In this document: piece by piece, positions 14,480-22,801 of the stretch
Layout of the letters: every line of letters starts with the position of its first letter
Numbering within the stretch: position 1 is the first letter of the stretch
From: Candidatus Saccharimonadota bacterium
Lineage (GTDB): Bacteria; Patescibacteriota; Saccharimonadia; Saccharimonadales; UBA4665
DNA: 32,000 nt
Assembly: GCA_003516025.1 (NCBI GenBank)
Contig: CP023991.1
Coordinates: forward strand, 150,001-182,000
Direction of reading: 5' to 3'
Notes under the pieces: model-generated
What the model was told of the DNA's origin: nothing
Database searches by the model: none
Seen by the model: the letters and a program-made list of their open reading frames with translations, nothing else
Made by a program: the position numbers and the translations under genes

Positions 14480-15691
14480 TTAACGGACCTTTTTTAATTT
14501 GCCTAATACTAAAAGACCGATTAGCCCGCTTATAATCGAAGCGGTGAAAATACTTATTTTCGAAATAGTCACGTATTTTTCAGAGACAAAAGCTAATTCA
14601 GTGACAAAAATAGCAACCGTAAATCCAATTCCCGATAACAATCCCACTCCTATAATATGATTCCAGCTAGACCCGTACGGCAACTCTGCAAATTTGAATT
14701 TTATTACTAACCAAGATGCTCCAAAGATGCCTAAAGCCTTACCGATAACTAACCCTAAAATTATTCCACCCGCAATCTGAGGTGCTGCGTCGTTTTGAAA
14801 GCTACTGAGGGACAGCGCAATTCCGGTATTAGCAAAAGCAAATAGTGGAACTATCAGTAACGTTGATATAGGAATGGTATGCCTTTCAAGTCGTTCCGAT
14901 ATGGATTCTTTTTGTGACCTGGAAGCAGTAACAGGAGCGAGTAATCCAATCATCGCGCCGGCAATACTGGCATGCACTCCAGAGGCGTTTATTGTGAGCC
15001 AAAGGGCAATTGCTGCTAACATAAAGATAGGCAAAGTCAGTAATTTGACCCTTTGAAGTAGCAGTAAAAATACGGCTAGCAATGCCGTCAATGCCAGCAT
15101 AATTACATTGATTCCTGAACTATAAAAAAGGGCTATCACAATGATTGCGCCAATATCATCAACAATAGCCAGCGTAAGTAGGAATAATCTGATGGACGAC
15201 GGTATCCTATCACCAAGCAGAGCAAGTATTCCTATTGCAAACGCAATGTCGGTCGCCATCGGAATTGCCCAACCGTTAACACTGTCCGATCCCGTATTAA
15301 GCCAAACATATATCAGAGCAGGAACAGCCATGCCACCGATTGCAGCAGCAAATGGAAGGGTTGCAGTCTTTAATTTGCGAAGCTCTCCTTTAACGAGCTC
15401 TCTCTTTAGTTCCAGTCCGACAACCAAGAAAAATAGTGCCATTAAGCCTTCGTCTACCCAGTGGCGAAGGTCTTTGGATAGCGTCCAGTCACCAAATCCT
15501 ATGTTCAGATTAGTATGCCAGAGGCCCTCGTATAACGACTTTAGAGGAGTATTCACCGCTATGAGGGCTAGCAATGTTGCGCCAATTATAAGTTTACCGC
15601 TTATTGCCTCATCCTTGAGCAAGTAGGTCGCTATTGCCGTGAGTCGAGTTGGGTGAAGTTGCCTAGCAATATGTATAAGTTTGTTTTTCAT
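14480..15691 (-). CDS. nhaA: Na+/H+ antiporter NhaA
   Basis: …GELRKLKTATLPFAAAIGGMAVPALIY…WAIPMATDIAFAIGILALLG…LLTLAIVDDIGAIIVIALFY… are diagnostic NhaA motifs. Confidence 0.95.
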   Translation of the reverse strand: MKNKLIHIARQLHPTRLTAIATYLLKDEAISGKLIIGATLLALIAVNTPLKSLYEGLWHTNLNIGFGDWTLSKDLRHWVDEGLMALFFLVVGLELKRELVKGELRKLKTATLPFAAAIGGMAVPALIYVWLNTGSDSVNGWAIPMATDIAFAIGILALLGDRIPSSIRLFLLTLAIVDDIGAIIVIALFYSSGINVIMLALTALLAVFLLLLQRVKLLTLPIFMLAAIALWLTINASGVHASIAGAMIGLLAPVTASRSQKESISERLERHTIPISTLLIVPLFAFANTGIALSLSSFQNDAAPQIAGGIILGLVIGKALGIFGASWLVIKFKFAELPYGSSWNHIIGVGLLSGIGFTVAIFVTELAFVSEKYVTISKISIFTASIISGLIGLLVLGKLKKVR

Positions 15692-15820
15692 GTGAGTCCC
15701 TAGCCGTCATTAATACTATTGCTGACCAGACTTCCCAGCGCGCCATAGTTATATTTTATTTGAAACAGAACATATTTACTAATCAGTATCAACTCGACCA
15801 CCGCGTCGGGTTTTTTTGTT

Positions 15821-15829
15821 TGCTACAAT
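15821..15829 (+). promoter_or_regulatory. extended -10 box TGCTACAAT, 7 nt upstream of the ATG at 15837
   Basis: TGCTACAAT-tacatga-ATG, with no SD. Confidence 0.5.
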
Positions 15830-15836
15830 TACATGA

Positions 15837-16376
15837 ATGGAACAAACGTACTTCGACCGGATCGATGAAAATGATAACTTACTTGGTGGCACGGCGAGCT
15901 ACGGCGAAATACACGGGCAGGGTTTATGGCACCGGGGAGTGCACGTCATTATCTATACTCCGGACCGGCACATTATTATGCAAAAGCGGGCTCCTTCACT
16001 GAAATATCACCCTGATGAAATCGAGATTTCCGTAGGCGGGGGTGTTGATGCCGGGGAAACGCCAGAGCAGGCCATTCGGCGGGAAGTTACGGAAGAATTA
16101 GGTATAGACTTAGCGGCAGGCGAAGTGCGCTATATTGGTAAGACTAAATCAAATCATCGTACAAAAACACAGATCAACAGGGTATTTATCTATAATTATT
16201 CGGTATGCCTGCCGCACGAACGCATTAAGTTTTTGCTGGATCAGAACGAAACCACCGCGGCTTTTTTGATATCAGAAAAGGAATTACGGCGGGCGCTCAA
16301 AGTGCATCGGATAAAAAATATGGGAAAGATATCGAGCCAGTACGCCTACTGGAAGCGGCTTCTCGACTCGATTTAG
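15837..16376 (+). CDS. Nudix hydrolase (COG1443 / Idi-like subgroup)
   Basis: GLWHRGVHV… and the Nudix box GGGVDAGETPEQAIRREVTEELGI. Confidence 0.9.
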   Translation: MEQTYFDRIDENDNLLGGTASYGEIHGQGLWHRGVHVIIYTPDRHIIMQKRAPSLKYHPDEIEISVGGGVDAGETPEQAIRREVTEELGIDLAAGEVRYIGKTKSNHRTKTQINRVFIYNYSVCLPHERIKFLLDQNETTAAFLISEKELRRALKVHRIKNMGKISSQYAYWKRLLDSI

Positions 16377-16388
16377 CCAAACGGCTTT

Positions 16389-16397
16389 TGCTATACT
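16389..16397 (+). promoter_or_regulatory. extended -10 box TGCTATACT, 6 nt upstream of the ATG at 16404
   Basis: TGCTATACT-ccctat-ATG, with no SD. Confidence 0.5.
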
Positions 16398-16403
16398 CCC
16401 TAT

Positions 16404-16814
16404 ATGAACGAACCGTGTTTTTACCGCGTCAGCATCAAAGGTATCGTAGTGGACGAAGCTGGTCGTTTTTTGTTATCGAAAGAGGATAATGGCAAGTGGG
16501 AAATGCTGGGCGGCGGCCTTGATCACGGCGAGGACCCCATAGAGGGGCTTAAACGGGAAATACACGAAGAAACCGGCCTGGTGGTCACTTATGTGTCGCC
16601 CGCGCCGAAATACTTCATAACTTCGCCGAAAGTCGGGCAGGACAGTTATATGGCAAATGTTATCTACGAAATCAAACTTGAAAATCTCGATTTTACGCCA
16701 TCGGACGAATGCCAGGAGTTACGGTTCTTTAGCGTGGAAGACGCCCGTAAAGTTGACTTGTTTCCAAACGTGGAGAAATTGCTCGAAATGTACGACCCTC
16801 TTTTACACGTCTAG
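16404..16814 (+). CDS. Nudix hydrolase
   Basis: Nudix box GGGLDHGEDPIEGLKREIHEETGL. Confidence 0.9.
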   Translation: MNEPCFYRVSIKGIVVDEAGRFLLSKEDNGKWEMLGGGLDHGEDPIEGLKREIHEETGLVVTYVSPAPKYFITSPKVGQDSYMANVIYEIKLENLDFTPSDECQELRFFSVEDARKVDLFPNVEKLLEMYDPLLHV

Positions 16815-16874
16815 GCAGCACAGTAAACAAGCGTCATTACATTCCTCTTATGCTATAGGTTATACTATGGACAG

Positions 16875-17276
16875 ATGAAACCGCATGGCCCGCGTGACTC
16901 TGGATTTACCCTTGTAGAATTGCTGATTACCATTTCGGTGATCGGTATTATATCGGCTGGAATTACCAGTCTCTTTATGACTATTCAGCGTGTGCAGGTC
17001 CAAACCTCTTATCTCGAGTCAGCTACCCGCGCAGCCGAGCGGGAAGTCGAGAGCTTGCGCAATAATAACTACAATAGTCTTATTCCAGGGCAGGATATTA
17101 ATTTTACGAGTAGTTTACCAACAACGCTGCCGGCTAGCCGCAGCGGTATCGTCAAGGTGACCGAACCGGTATCGGGGCTTCGCCGGGTCGATGTATCAGT
17201 AACGTATAATGACGGTGGCGGCAACCGGTCGGTTAAACTGAGCTCGCTCATCGGTGTGATAGGAATCGCGCAGTGA
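16875..17276 (+). CDS. type IV minor pilin (prepilin-type N-terminal cleavage/methylation domain)
   Basis: MKPHGPRDSG|FTLVELLITISVIGII is a class III signal peptide with Glu5. Confidence 0.85.
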   Translation: MKPHGPRDSGFTLVELLITISVIGIISAGITSLFMTIQRVQVQTSYLESATRAAEREVESLRNNNYNSLIPGQDINFTSSLPTTLPASRSGIVKVTEPVSGLRRVDVSVTYNDGGGNRSVKLSSLIGVIGIAQ

Positions 17277-17947
17277 TACGGCCCAACTCAGGTTTCAAAG
17301 GCTTCACGATTGTTGAGCTGCTTATAACTATGCTGGTCATGGGCATGGTAGTTACAATTATAATGAATTTTATGGCTAATGGCCTAGTTAACAGTGCCAT
17401 CCAGGGCGCTCGCAGCGACTTGTTGTTTGAAGCCCAGACGGCGCTTGATTTGGCACAGAATGATATTCGCCTTTCCGCTGCCGCTGAAGATGATAATCGC
17501 TGGCAGGATGCCAACGCTCCATCAGCTCCTAGCAACCTGTTTAGCTGGCATTCCGATGGTACTACCGTAATTCTGGCAACGGCCGCCCAGGATAACGCGG
17601 GGGGTATATTGTTTGAAGATGCCCATAAGTACATCACCGTAAAGGATAACTATATCTTTTTTGTACGGTCTGGCGTTTTGTACAAGCGTGTTTTGGCGGC
17701 TCCAGTAACTACCAATGGCACTAAGACGAGTTGCCCGGCTGCTAAAGCCACGGCCAACTGTCCGGCCGACAAGACTCTGTTGCATAATGTCAAAAGCTTC
17801 AGTGTGCGATATCTAAATGGGCAAAACCAAACTGTTAGCCCGCCCGACGCGCGGTCGGTAGAGTTGAGCGTGCAATTAAAAACGACAAAGTACCGCCATG
17901 ACATTACGGCGGCGTACACGACGAGGACGGTATTCCGAAATGACTAA
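17273..17947 (+). CDS. type IV minor pilin (PilW-like)
   Basis: MIRPNSGFKG|FTIVELLITML. GTGA overlap with the upstream pilin gene. Confidence 0.85.
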   Translation: MIRPNSGFKGFTIVELLITMLVMGMVVTIIMNFMANGLVNSAIQGARSDLLFEAQTALDLAQNDIRLSAAAEDDNRWQDANAPSAPSNLFSWHSDGTTVILATAAQDNAGGILFEDAHKYITVKDNYIFFVRSGVLYKRVLAAPVTTNGTKTSCPAAKATANCPADKTLLHNVKSFSVRYLNGQNQTVSPPDARSVELSVQLKTTKYRHDITAAYTTRTVFRND

Positions 17948-19355
17948 AAATTCCAATACAAAAAAGATGGTAGACCAGCGGGGAGTGGTGGTAATAGCAG
18001 TTATTATTATCGCTGGAATTCTGACCACTATCGGTTTATCGTTGGCGGTGTTTGTTACTAGCCAGTATGCCAGGACGACGCAAAATGTTTTCTACGCCAA
18101 TGCTAACCTTGTTGCCGAAGCGGGTATCGAGCAGTCAATGGAGCAGCTTAATCAGGACGATGGATTTAGCGGTTACCCTACCGGCCAAGAGTTTTTTAAC
18201 AATACCGAACAGGGAAGAGGCATGTTCGTGACGACGGTAGTTAATGGCGCCAGCGGCAACGAGAAAATCATTACTTCCACCGGCCAGGTTTATCGTAAAA
18301 ACAGCACGAAAGTTATCGGCAAACGCATCATAAAAGTTACTGCTGTCGGTACGGGTTCTAGTGGCTATTCGGTACATACCGGCGTGGGCGGTTTGATCCT
18401 TGGCGGCAGCGCCAACATTACGAATTCGGATGTATTTGTAAACGGTACGCTCAAGCTTACTGGCGCGGCAAAAATCGGTACCAATGCCCAGCCGCTAAAA
18501 GTGTATGTAGCTAACCAGGCATGCCCTGCCGGAGCGACTCCCGGGGCGACATATCCGCAGGTCTGTACCGGCACGACGCAACCTATTTCCATGGATCAAA
18601 GTACGGCTATATATGGCACGGTATGCGCTACCGGCCAAACGAGTACCGGACCAAATAATAACATCAAGCCGGGAGCTACGGGGCAGGGTCTGACGGTAGG
18701 CTGTACGGCACCGGTAACATCTATGCCGACCTATGACCGGTCGGCTCATATTGGCCGGATGACTACTACGGCAACTGGTACCAGTAACAATTATGTTTGT
18801 GCCAGCTGGCCTTTTCAGCGCACCTGGCCGGCTAATTTAAAGCTCACCGGCAATGTGTCGATCAATAGCAGCTGTGAAGTAACGATAAAAGGTGACGCGT
18901 ACATCACGGGTGACTTGAATATCGGTGGTGCCGCGAAGATTACTGTGGATGAAAGCGTAGGTACGAAGCGGCCGGTAATTGTCGTAGACGGTAAAATAAC
19001 GGTCGGCGGCTCGGGGCGGATTATTGCTAATAGTCAAGGCACAGGCATCCAGTTTATCAGTTATAAAAGTGCCGCTTCGTGCGCGGCCGCCTGTACTGCA
19101 CTAAGTGGTAATGATTTGAAGAACTCACAAGTTTTGGAAACGATTAGTGTAGGCGGAGCTGTTAACCTGCCAGGCATGGTATTCCAGGCTTACTGGGGCA
19201 AGGTAACTATTGGGGGAAGCGGAAGTATTGGCGCGGCGCTGGGCCAAACGGTTGATATGAGCGGGGCCGGTACGGTAACGTTCGGTACGACCTTATCTTC
19301 GGGCGCCCGAACGTGGACTATTACCAGCTATCAGCAAAAGTTCCAAGCCAACTGA
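17940..19355 (+). CDS. PilX-N-like pilus protein with large Cys-rich, Gly/Thr-rich repeat C-terminal region (candidate tip protein)
   Basis: N-terminus …DQRGVVVIAVIIIAGILTTIGL… resembles the PilX N-terminal domain. I chose ATG 17940 (8-nt overlap with the upstream gene) over the track's 17898 start. Confidence 0.7.
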   Translation: MTKNSNTKKMVDQRGVVVIAVIIIAGILTTIGLSLAVFVTSQYARTTQNVFYANANLVAEAGIEQSMEQLNQDDGFSGYPTGQEFFNNTEQGRGMFVTTVVNGASGNEKIITSTGQVYRKNSTKVIGKRIIKVTAVGTGSSGYSVHTGVGGLILGGSANITNSDVFVNGTLKLTGAAKIGTNAQPLKVYVANQACPAGATPGATYPQVCTGTTQPISMDQSTAIYGTVCATGQTSTGPNNNIKPGATGQGLTVGCTAPVTSMPTYDRSAHIGRMTTTATGTSNNYVCASWPFQRTWPANLKLTGNVSINSSCEVTIKGDAYITGDLNIGGAAKITVDESVGTKRPVIVVDGKITVGGSGRIIANSQGTGIQFISYKSAASCAAACTALSGNDLKNSQVLETISVGGAVNLPGMVFQAYWGKVTIGGSGSIGAALGQTVDMSGAGTVTFGTTLSSGARTWTITSYQQKFQAN

Positions 19356-19435
19356 CCTTTTGAAATATGAATTGTTCCTGAACTCAATATAGCTATGCTT
19401 GCCGGCGCCTCTTCGTAGGATTATGATCGGCGGTA

Positions 19436-20566
19436 ATGAGACGGCGGAAGGCACATTATTATCGGAGGACAACTCTTATTGCGGTCTTTTGCGCCGGTAC
19501 GCTCATTGGTATCGGGGTGGCGCGCCGTATGCAATTTGATGCGCTTTTGGCCGGCCTTTTCTTAAGTATAATGATCGGTGCCGTAAGGCGACGAAGCGCC
19601 ATGGCAGTAGTTATAACACTACTCACCGGGCTATATATTGGCGGCTGGCAGGGAAGCATATATATGCGCAAGCTCGCCCTATTCGACTCGTATTACAACC
19701 AGACGGTTACGCTCGTGGGTACGGCGATGAACGATGGCGTGTATGGAAAACAAACGGCCCTGACGTTTGACCTCAACGGCCTTATGGTTAAAGAGACCGG
19801 ACAAAGTCTAGTCGGCTCAGTCGGCGTCAGCGGTTTTGGCGAAAATATGGTGTTCCGCGGGGATGTACTCGAAGTCTCGGGAAAAATGCGCGCCGGAACC
19901 GGCTCGCATCAGGGCTGGATGAGTTTCGCGAAGCTGCGCGTTGTCCGGCGTGATACGTCCCTGATCGAGCAGGTACGCCATAAGTTTAGTGCGGGAATGC
20001 TGAGCGCTTTGCCGGAGCCGCTTGGTTCATTCGCTATGGGGCTGCTGATTGGCCAGCGCAGTGGATTGCCTGAAGCCACTTCGGAAGACCTGCTCCATGT
20101 CGGCCTGGTGCATATCATCGCAGTTTCGGGGTATAACCTGACGATTATCTTACGTGCTGGCGTTACATTGTTTGGCAGCCGGTCAAAGTACCAGACAATG
20201 GTATTTTCAATCTCCCTCATTAGTGTTTTCCTATTATTAACCGGTTCCAGCGCCTCTATAGTGCGTGCCTCAATCGTCAGTGCTATGAGTATCGCCGCCT
20301 GGTATTACGGACGTGCGTTTAAACCGGTTACTTTGATATTATTGGCCGCCGCCGGCACGGCTTTGGTGAATCCGTTATATATATGGGGAGACATGGGGTG
20401 GTATCTGTCGTTTTTGGCATTTTATGGGGTCATGATACTTGGGCCGCTGGTCCATGAGAGACTTCTGCCACCGCTGGTACGCGATAACATGTTGGTAGGT
20501 ATTGGCATGGAAAGTTTATGCGCGGAAGTCATGACGCTGCCTATCGTATTACATGTGTTTGGGTAG
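19436..20566 (+). CDS. comEC: ComEC/Rec2 DNA-uptake channel, N-terminal fragment (ends at in-frame TAG)
   Basis: …LLIGQRSGLPEATSEDLLHVGLVHIIAVSGYNLTII… and …SASIVRASIVSAM… are Competence-domain motifs. The ORF stops inside the domain. Confidence 0.85.
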   Translation: MRRRKAHYYRRTTLIAVFCAGTLIGIGVARRMQFDALLAGLFLSIMIGAVRRRSAMAVVITLLTGLYIGGWQGSIYMRKLALFDSYYNQTVTLVGTAMNDGVYGKQTALTFDLNGLMVKETGQSLVGSVGVSGFGENMVFRGDVLEVSGKMRAGTGSHQGWMSFAKLRVVRRDTSLIEQVRHKFSAGMLSALPEPLGSFAMGLLIGQRSGLPEATSEDLLHVGLVHIIAVSGYNLTIILRAGVTLFGSRSKYQTMVFSISLISVFLLLTGSSASIVRASIVSAMSIAAWYYGRAFKPVTLILLAAAGTALVNPLYIWGDMGWYLSFLAFYGVMILGPLVHERLLPPLVRDNMLVGIGMESLCAEVMTLPIVLHVFG

Positions 20567-20944
20567 ATGTCCCATGTCAGTTTGCTGGCGAATGTTGTCA
20601 TTGCCGTCTTTGTGCCGCTAGCGATGCTGTTTACTGTTATAGCAGGTGTCGCGGGTACGTTTTTGTTCGCTGTCGCGGGCTGGTTGTCCTGGCCGGCAAC
20701 CATGTTGTTAACCTACATGCTGGACGCAGCCCATGTACTGGCGAATATCCCGCATATTTTCGTAGAGGATATTCCTTTCGGGTTGCCGAGCATGATATTT
20801 TCGTACGTTCTAGTGCTTGGATTTAACCTGTTATTGTACACACGCTCCAAAGCAAGCCGCCACAATTATGCTATAATAAATACAGAACAAGGCGGTCCTA
20901 AACGGCTCAGAACCGAATTTTTACCGACCGCTGAAATGCACTAA
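20567..20944 (+). CDS. comEC: ComEC/Rec2, C-terminal fragment (same frame; ATG directly after the TAG)
   Basis: MSHVSLLANVVIAVFVPLAML… continues the ComEC Competence domain in the same frame as 19436..20566. There is no metallo-beta-lactamase domain. Confidence 0.75.
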   Translation: MSHVSLLANVVIAVFVPLAMLFTVIAGVAGTFLFAVAGWLSWPATMLLTYMLDAAHVLANIPHIFVEDIPFGLPSMIFSYVLVLGFNLLLYTRSKASRHNYAIINTEQGGPKRLRTEFLPTAEMH

Positions 20945-20961
20945 GCAAGGAGGCTTTTCCC

Positions 20962-21696
20962 ATGTCTGGACATTCAAAATGGTCAACTATTAAGCGTGAA
21001 AAAGGCGCCAAAGACGCGGCGCGCGGCGCGGTTTTTACCAAGCTTGGCAACGCGATCGCGCTCGCTGCCCGTAGCGGCACTGATCCGGATACTAACTTTA
21101 GTTTACGTTTAGCAATTGATAAAGCGAAAGCGGCTAACATGCCGGGAGCCAATATCCAGCGTGCTATTGACCGCATCAAGGACAAGGGCGCCGCGCAGTT
21201 GCAGGAAATCTTGTATGAAGGTTATGGGCCGGGTGGCGTAGCAATTTTAGCTGAGTGTGCCACCGATAATATCAACCGCACGTATCCCGAAGTTCGTTTG
21301 GCTTTTAGTAAGCACGGCGGCAACATCGCCGAAAAAGGGGCTGTGGCTTTTCAGTTTGACCACAAGGGGATGATTCGCGTTAAAGCAAATATTGGCGACC
21401 GTGACGACCTGCTCATGCAGGCGATTGACGCCGGTGCCGAGGATGTGCAGGAAGAAGGTGATGAGTCTATTGTATATACGGCGCCAACCGATTTGGCGAA
21501 AGTCCGTGATGCCTTGAAAGCCGCTGGTATTGAAATCACCGAAGCTGAACTGACGTATGTACCAAATAACACGGTCGAAGTGACTGACGAAGCTACCGCC
21601 GGTAAGATTATGCGCCTGATGGATGCTTTGGAAAGCCTGGACGACGTGAGCGCCACGCACGTTAATTTCGATATCCCGGAAAACCTGCTGGGTTAA
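20962..21696 (+). CDS. yebC: YebC/PmpR family DNA-binding transcriptional regulator
   Basis: MSGHSKWSTIKREKGAKDAARG…YEGYGPGGVA… SD AAGGAGG at 20947-20953. Confidence 0.95.
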   Translation: MSGHSKWSTIKREKGAKDAARGAVFTKLGNAIALAARSGTDPDTNFSLRLAIDKAKAANMPGANIQRAIDRIKDKGAAQLQEILYEGYGPGGVAILAECATDNINRTYPEVRLAFSKHGGNIAEKGAVAFQFDHKGMIRVKANIGDRDDLLMQAIDAGAEDVQEEGDESIVYTAPTDLAKVRDALKAAGIEITEAELTYVPNNTVEVTDEATAGKIMRLMDALESLDDVSATHVNFDIPENLLG

Positions 21697-21700
21697 ATGT

Positions 21701-22777
21701 CTATCCTTGTGGCACGTGGCGATGCAGGCCCCGGTGCAGTGTTTCTACGGCCGATCGTGACAAATTTTCGTCCATGCTTTGAAAAGCTATTTCAGCAGTT
21801 CCGAGCATAACGCCGGCCCTGACGTAGTTATGGCTGCCAACCATAACTCCCTTGTCTGTGGCGATTAGTTTAGCGTGCAGCATCGGGTCTTCGCGGCCCA
21901 GGGCGTGGGCAAACAATTCGCGGGGTACCCGGGTTCGTTCCCGCAAGATGCTAACTTGTTGGCCGAGGCCGCCAATCGCGCCATGATAAGCAGGATGCGA
22001 GTAGATAATCTCGACTTTGACACCGCGGCGCTGAGCTTGCAGCAGGTGTTTGGCGGTGATGCTGTTCGGGAAAAATTGGCAGGTTATTACCAACCATTCT
22101 TCGGCATTGTCGATCATTTTCAAAGCTTCGTCCAAAATCTTTGACTGGTGTTTCTTACCGGAATCGATGAACAGTTTCGCATGGTTGGAAATGGTGAGGC
22201 AGCGGTCAACACCGGCCAGCGCGCGGCTGGCATCCCTGCCGTGTATTATTTGCTGCAGCATGGCGTATAGGCCGTCAGCGTCGCTTTGTGACTTCCAGCT
22301 CACCATCAGATCAACACTGGCTGCCGCCTGCAGGTTGCAGCCGCCAATATATATCCGATCGTTGATAATAGCCGCCTTTATATGGGAACGGCCGGCGATA
22401 GGCAGGCTTAGACGGTTTTTCGGCGTATTTATAATAACCGCGTGTCCTGTCGGAAAGGCGCTGATCCGCTCCAGTATCTGCAATTTATGTTTATAGTATG
22501 GTGATAATTTTTCAGGCAGTCGGCGGCGCGTCCAGAGCGGGCCGGGCACATGCCGGTCATTAACTAAAAAGCTGTGAGCATCAATGGCGATAGTCACGTG
22601 AACGCCGCGCGAGGCCGCCAACTCAGCTTGACGCATGATAGCACCGATTATTGGTTCGGTCGGTTCCATGGTCATGCTCATAAGCAAAACGCGGTCTCCC
22701 GGTTTGGCTTTCTGTAAAGCCACGAGCAGGTCATCGCGGTATTCAGGAGCAGTATAAAATGAAAATGGCGTTTTCAT
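21701..22777 (-). CDS. phospholipase D superfamily protein with two HKD-type motifs (soluble, COG1502-like)
   Basis: SHIKAAIINDRIYIGGCNL (HxK…ND variant) and LHAKLIATDKGVMVGSHNY (canonical HxKx4D…GSxN). No obvious TM helices. Confidence 0.85.
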   Translation of the reverse strand: MKTPFSFYTAPEYRDDLLVALQKAKPGDRVLLMSMTMEPTEPIIGAIMRQAELAASRGVHVTIAIDAHSFLVNDRHVPGPLWTRRRLPEKLSPYYKHKLQILERISAFPTGHAVIINTPKNRLSLPIAGRSHIKAAIINDRIYIGGCNLQAAASVDLMVSWKSQSDADGLYAMLQQIIHGRDASRALAGVDRCLTISNHAKLFIDSGKKHQSKILDEALKMIDNAEEWLVITCQFFPNSITAKHLLQAQRRGVKVEIIYSHPAYHGAIGGLGQQVSILRERTRVPRELFAHALGREDPMLHAKLIATDKGVMVGSHNYVRAGVMLGTAEIAFQSMDENLSRSAVETLHRGLHRHVPQG

Positions 22778-22789
22778 CGCTATGCCTAC

Positions 22790-22795
22790 TATACT
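22790..22795 (+). promoter_or_regulatory. -10 box TATACT, 6 nt upstream of the ruvC ATG
   Basis: TATACT-ataaac-ATG inside the 24-bp PLD/ruvC divergent spacer. Confidence 0.4.
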
Positions 22796-22801
22796 ATAAA
22801 C

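Noticed and set aside
15691-15702. GAGTCCC at the far end of nhaA matching the tRNA-Lys T-arm (GAGTCCC at 14351-14357), as a possible att direct repeat
   Set aside because: The identity is only 7 nt and there is no integrase, so it is compatible with chance. It is kept only as something to test in the nhaA islet analysis.
15793-15820. Terminator-like CGAC-caccgc-GTCG followed by T7 upstream of the first Nudix gene
   Set aside because: The stem is only 4-5 bp and no + strand gene upstream needs terminating. The T-run may simply be an AT-rich UP-like element of the TGCTACAAT promoter.
15760-16002. 80-aa + strand ORF overlapping the start of the first Nudix gene
   Set aside because: It is out of frame with a clear Nudix CDS and begins upstream of the TGCTACAAT promoter. 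It is spurious.
17898-17939. Upstream start (track ORF 17898) for the PilX-like gene
   Set aside because: The extra 14 codons (MTLRRRTRRGRYSE) lie inside the preceding pilin gene. ATG 17940 gives the usual short-overlap coupling and a PilX-N-like N-terminus.
20564-20566. TAG reassignment (amber as a sense codon) to explain the comEC interruption
   Set aside because: TAG terminates grpE (335-337), dnaK (2802-2804), dnaJ (5426-5428) and the 603-aa gene (8534-8536) at positions consistent with full-length homologues. A global reassignment is therefore not supported.
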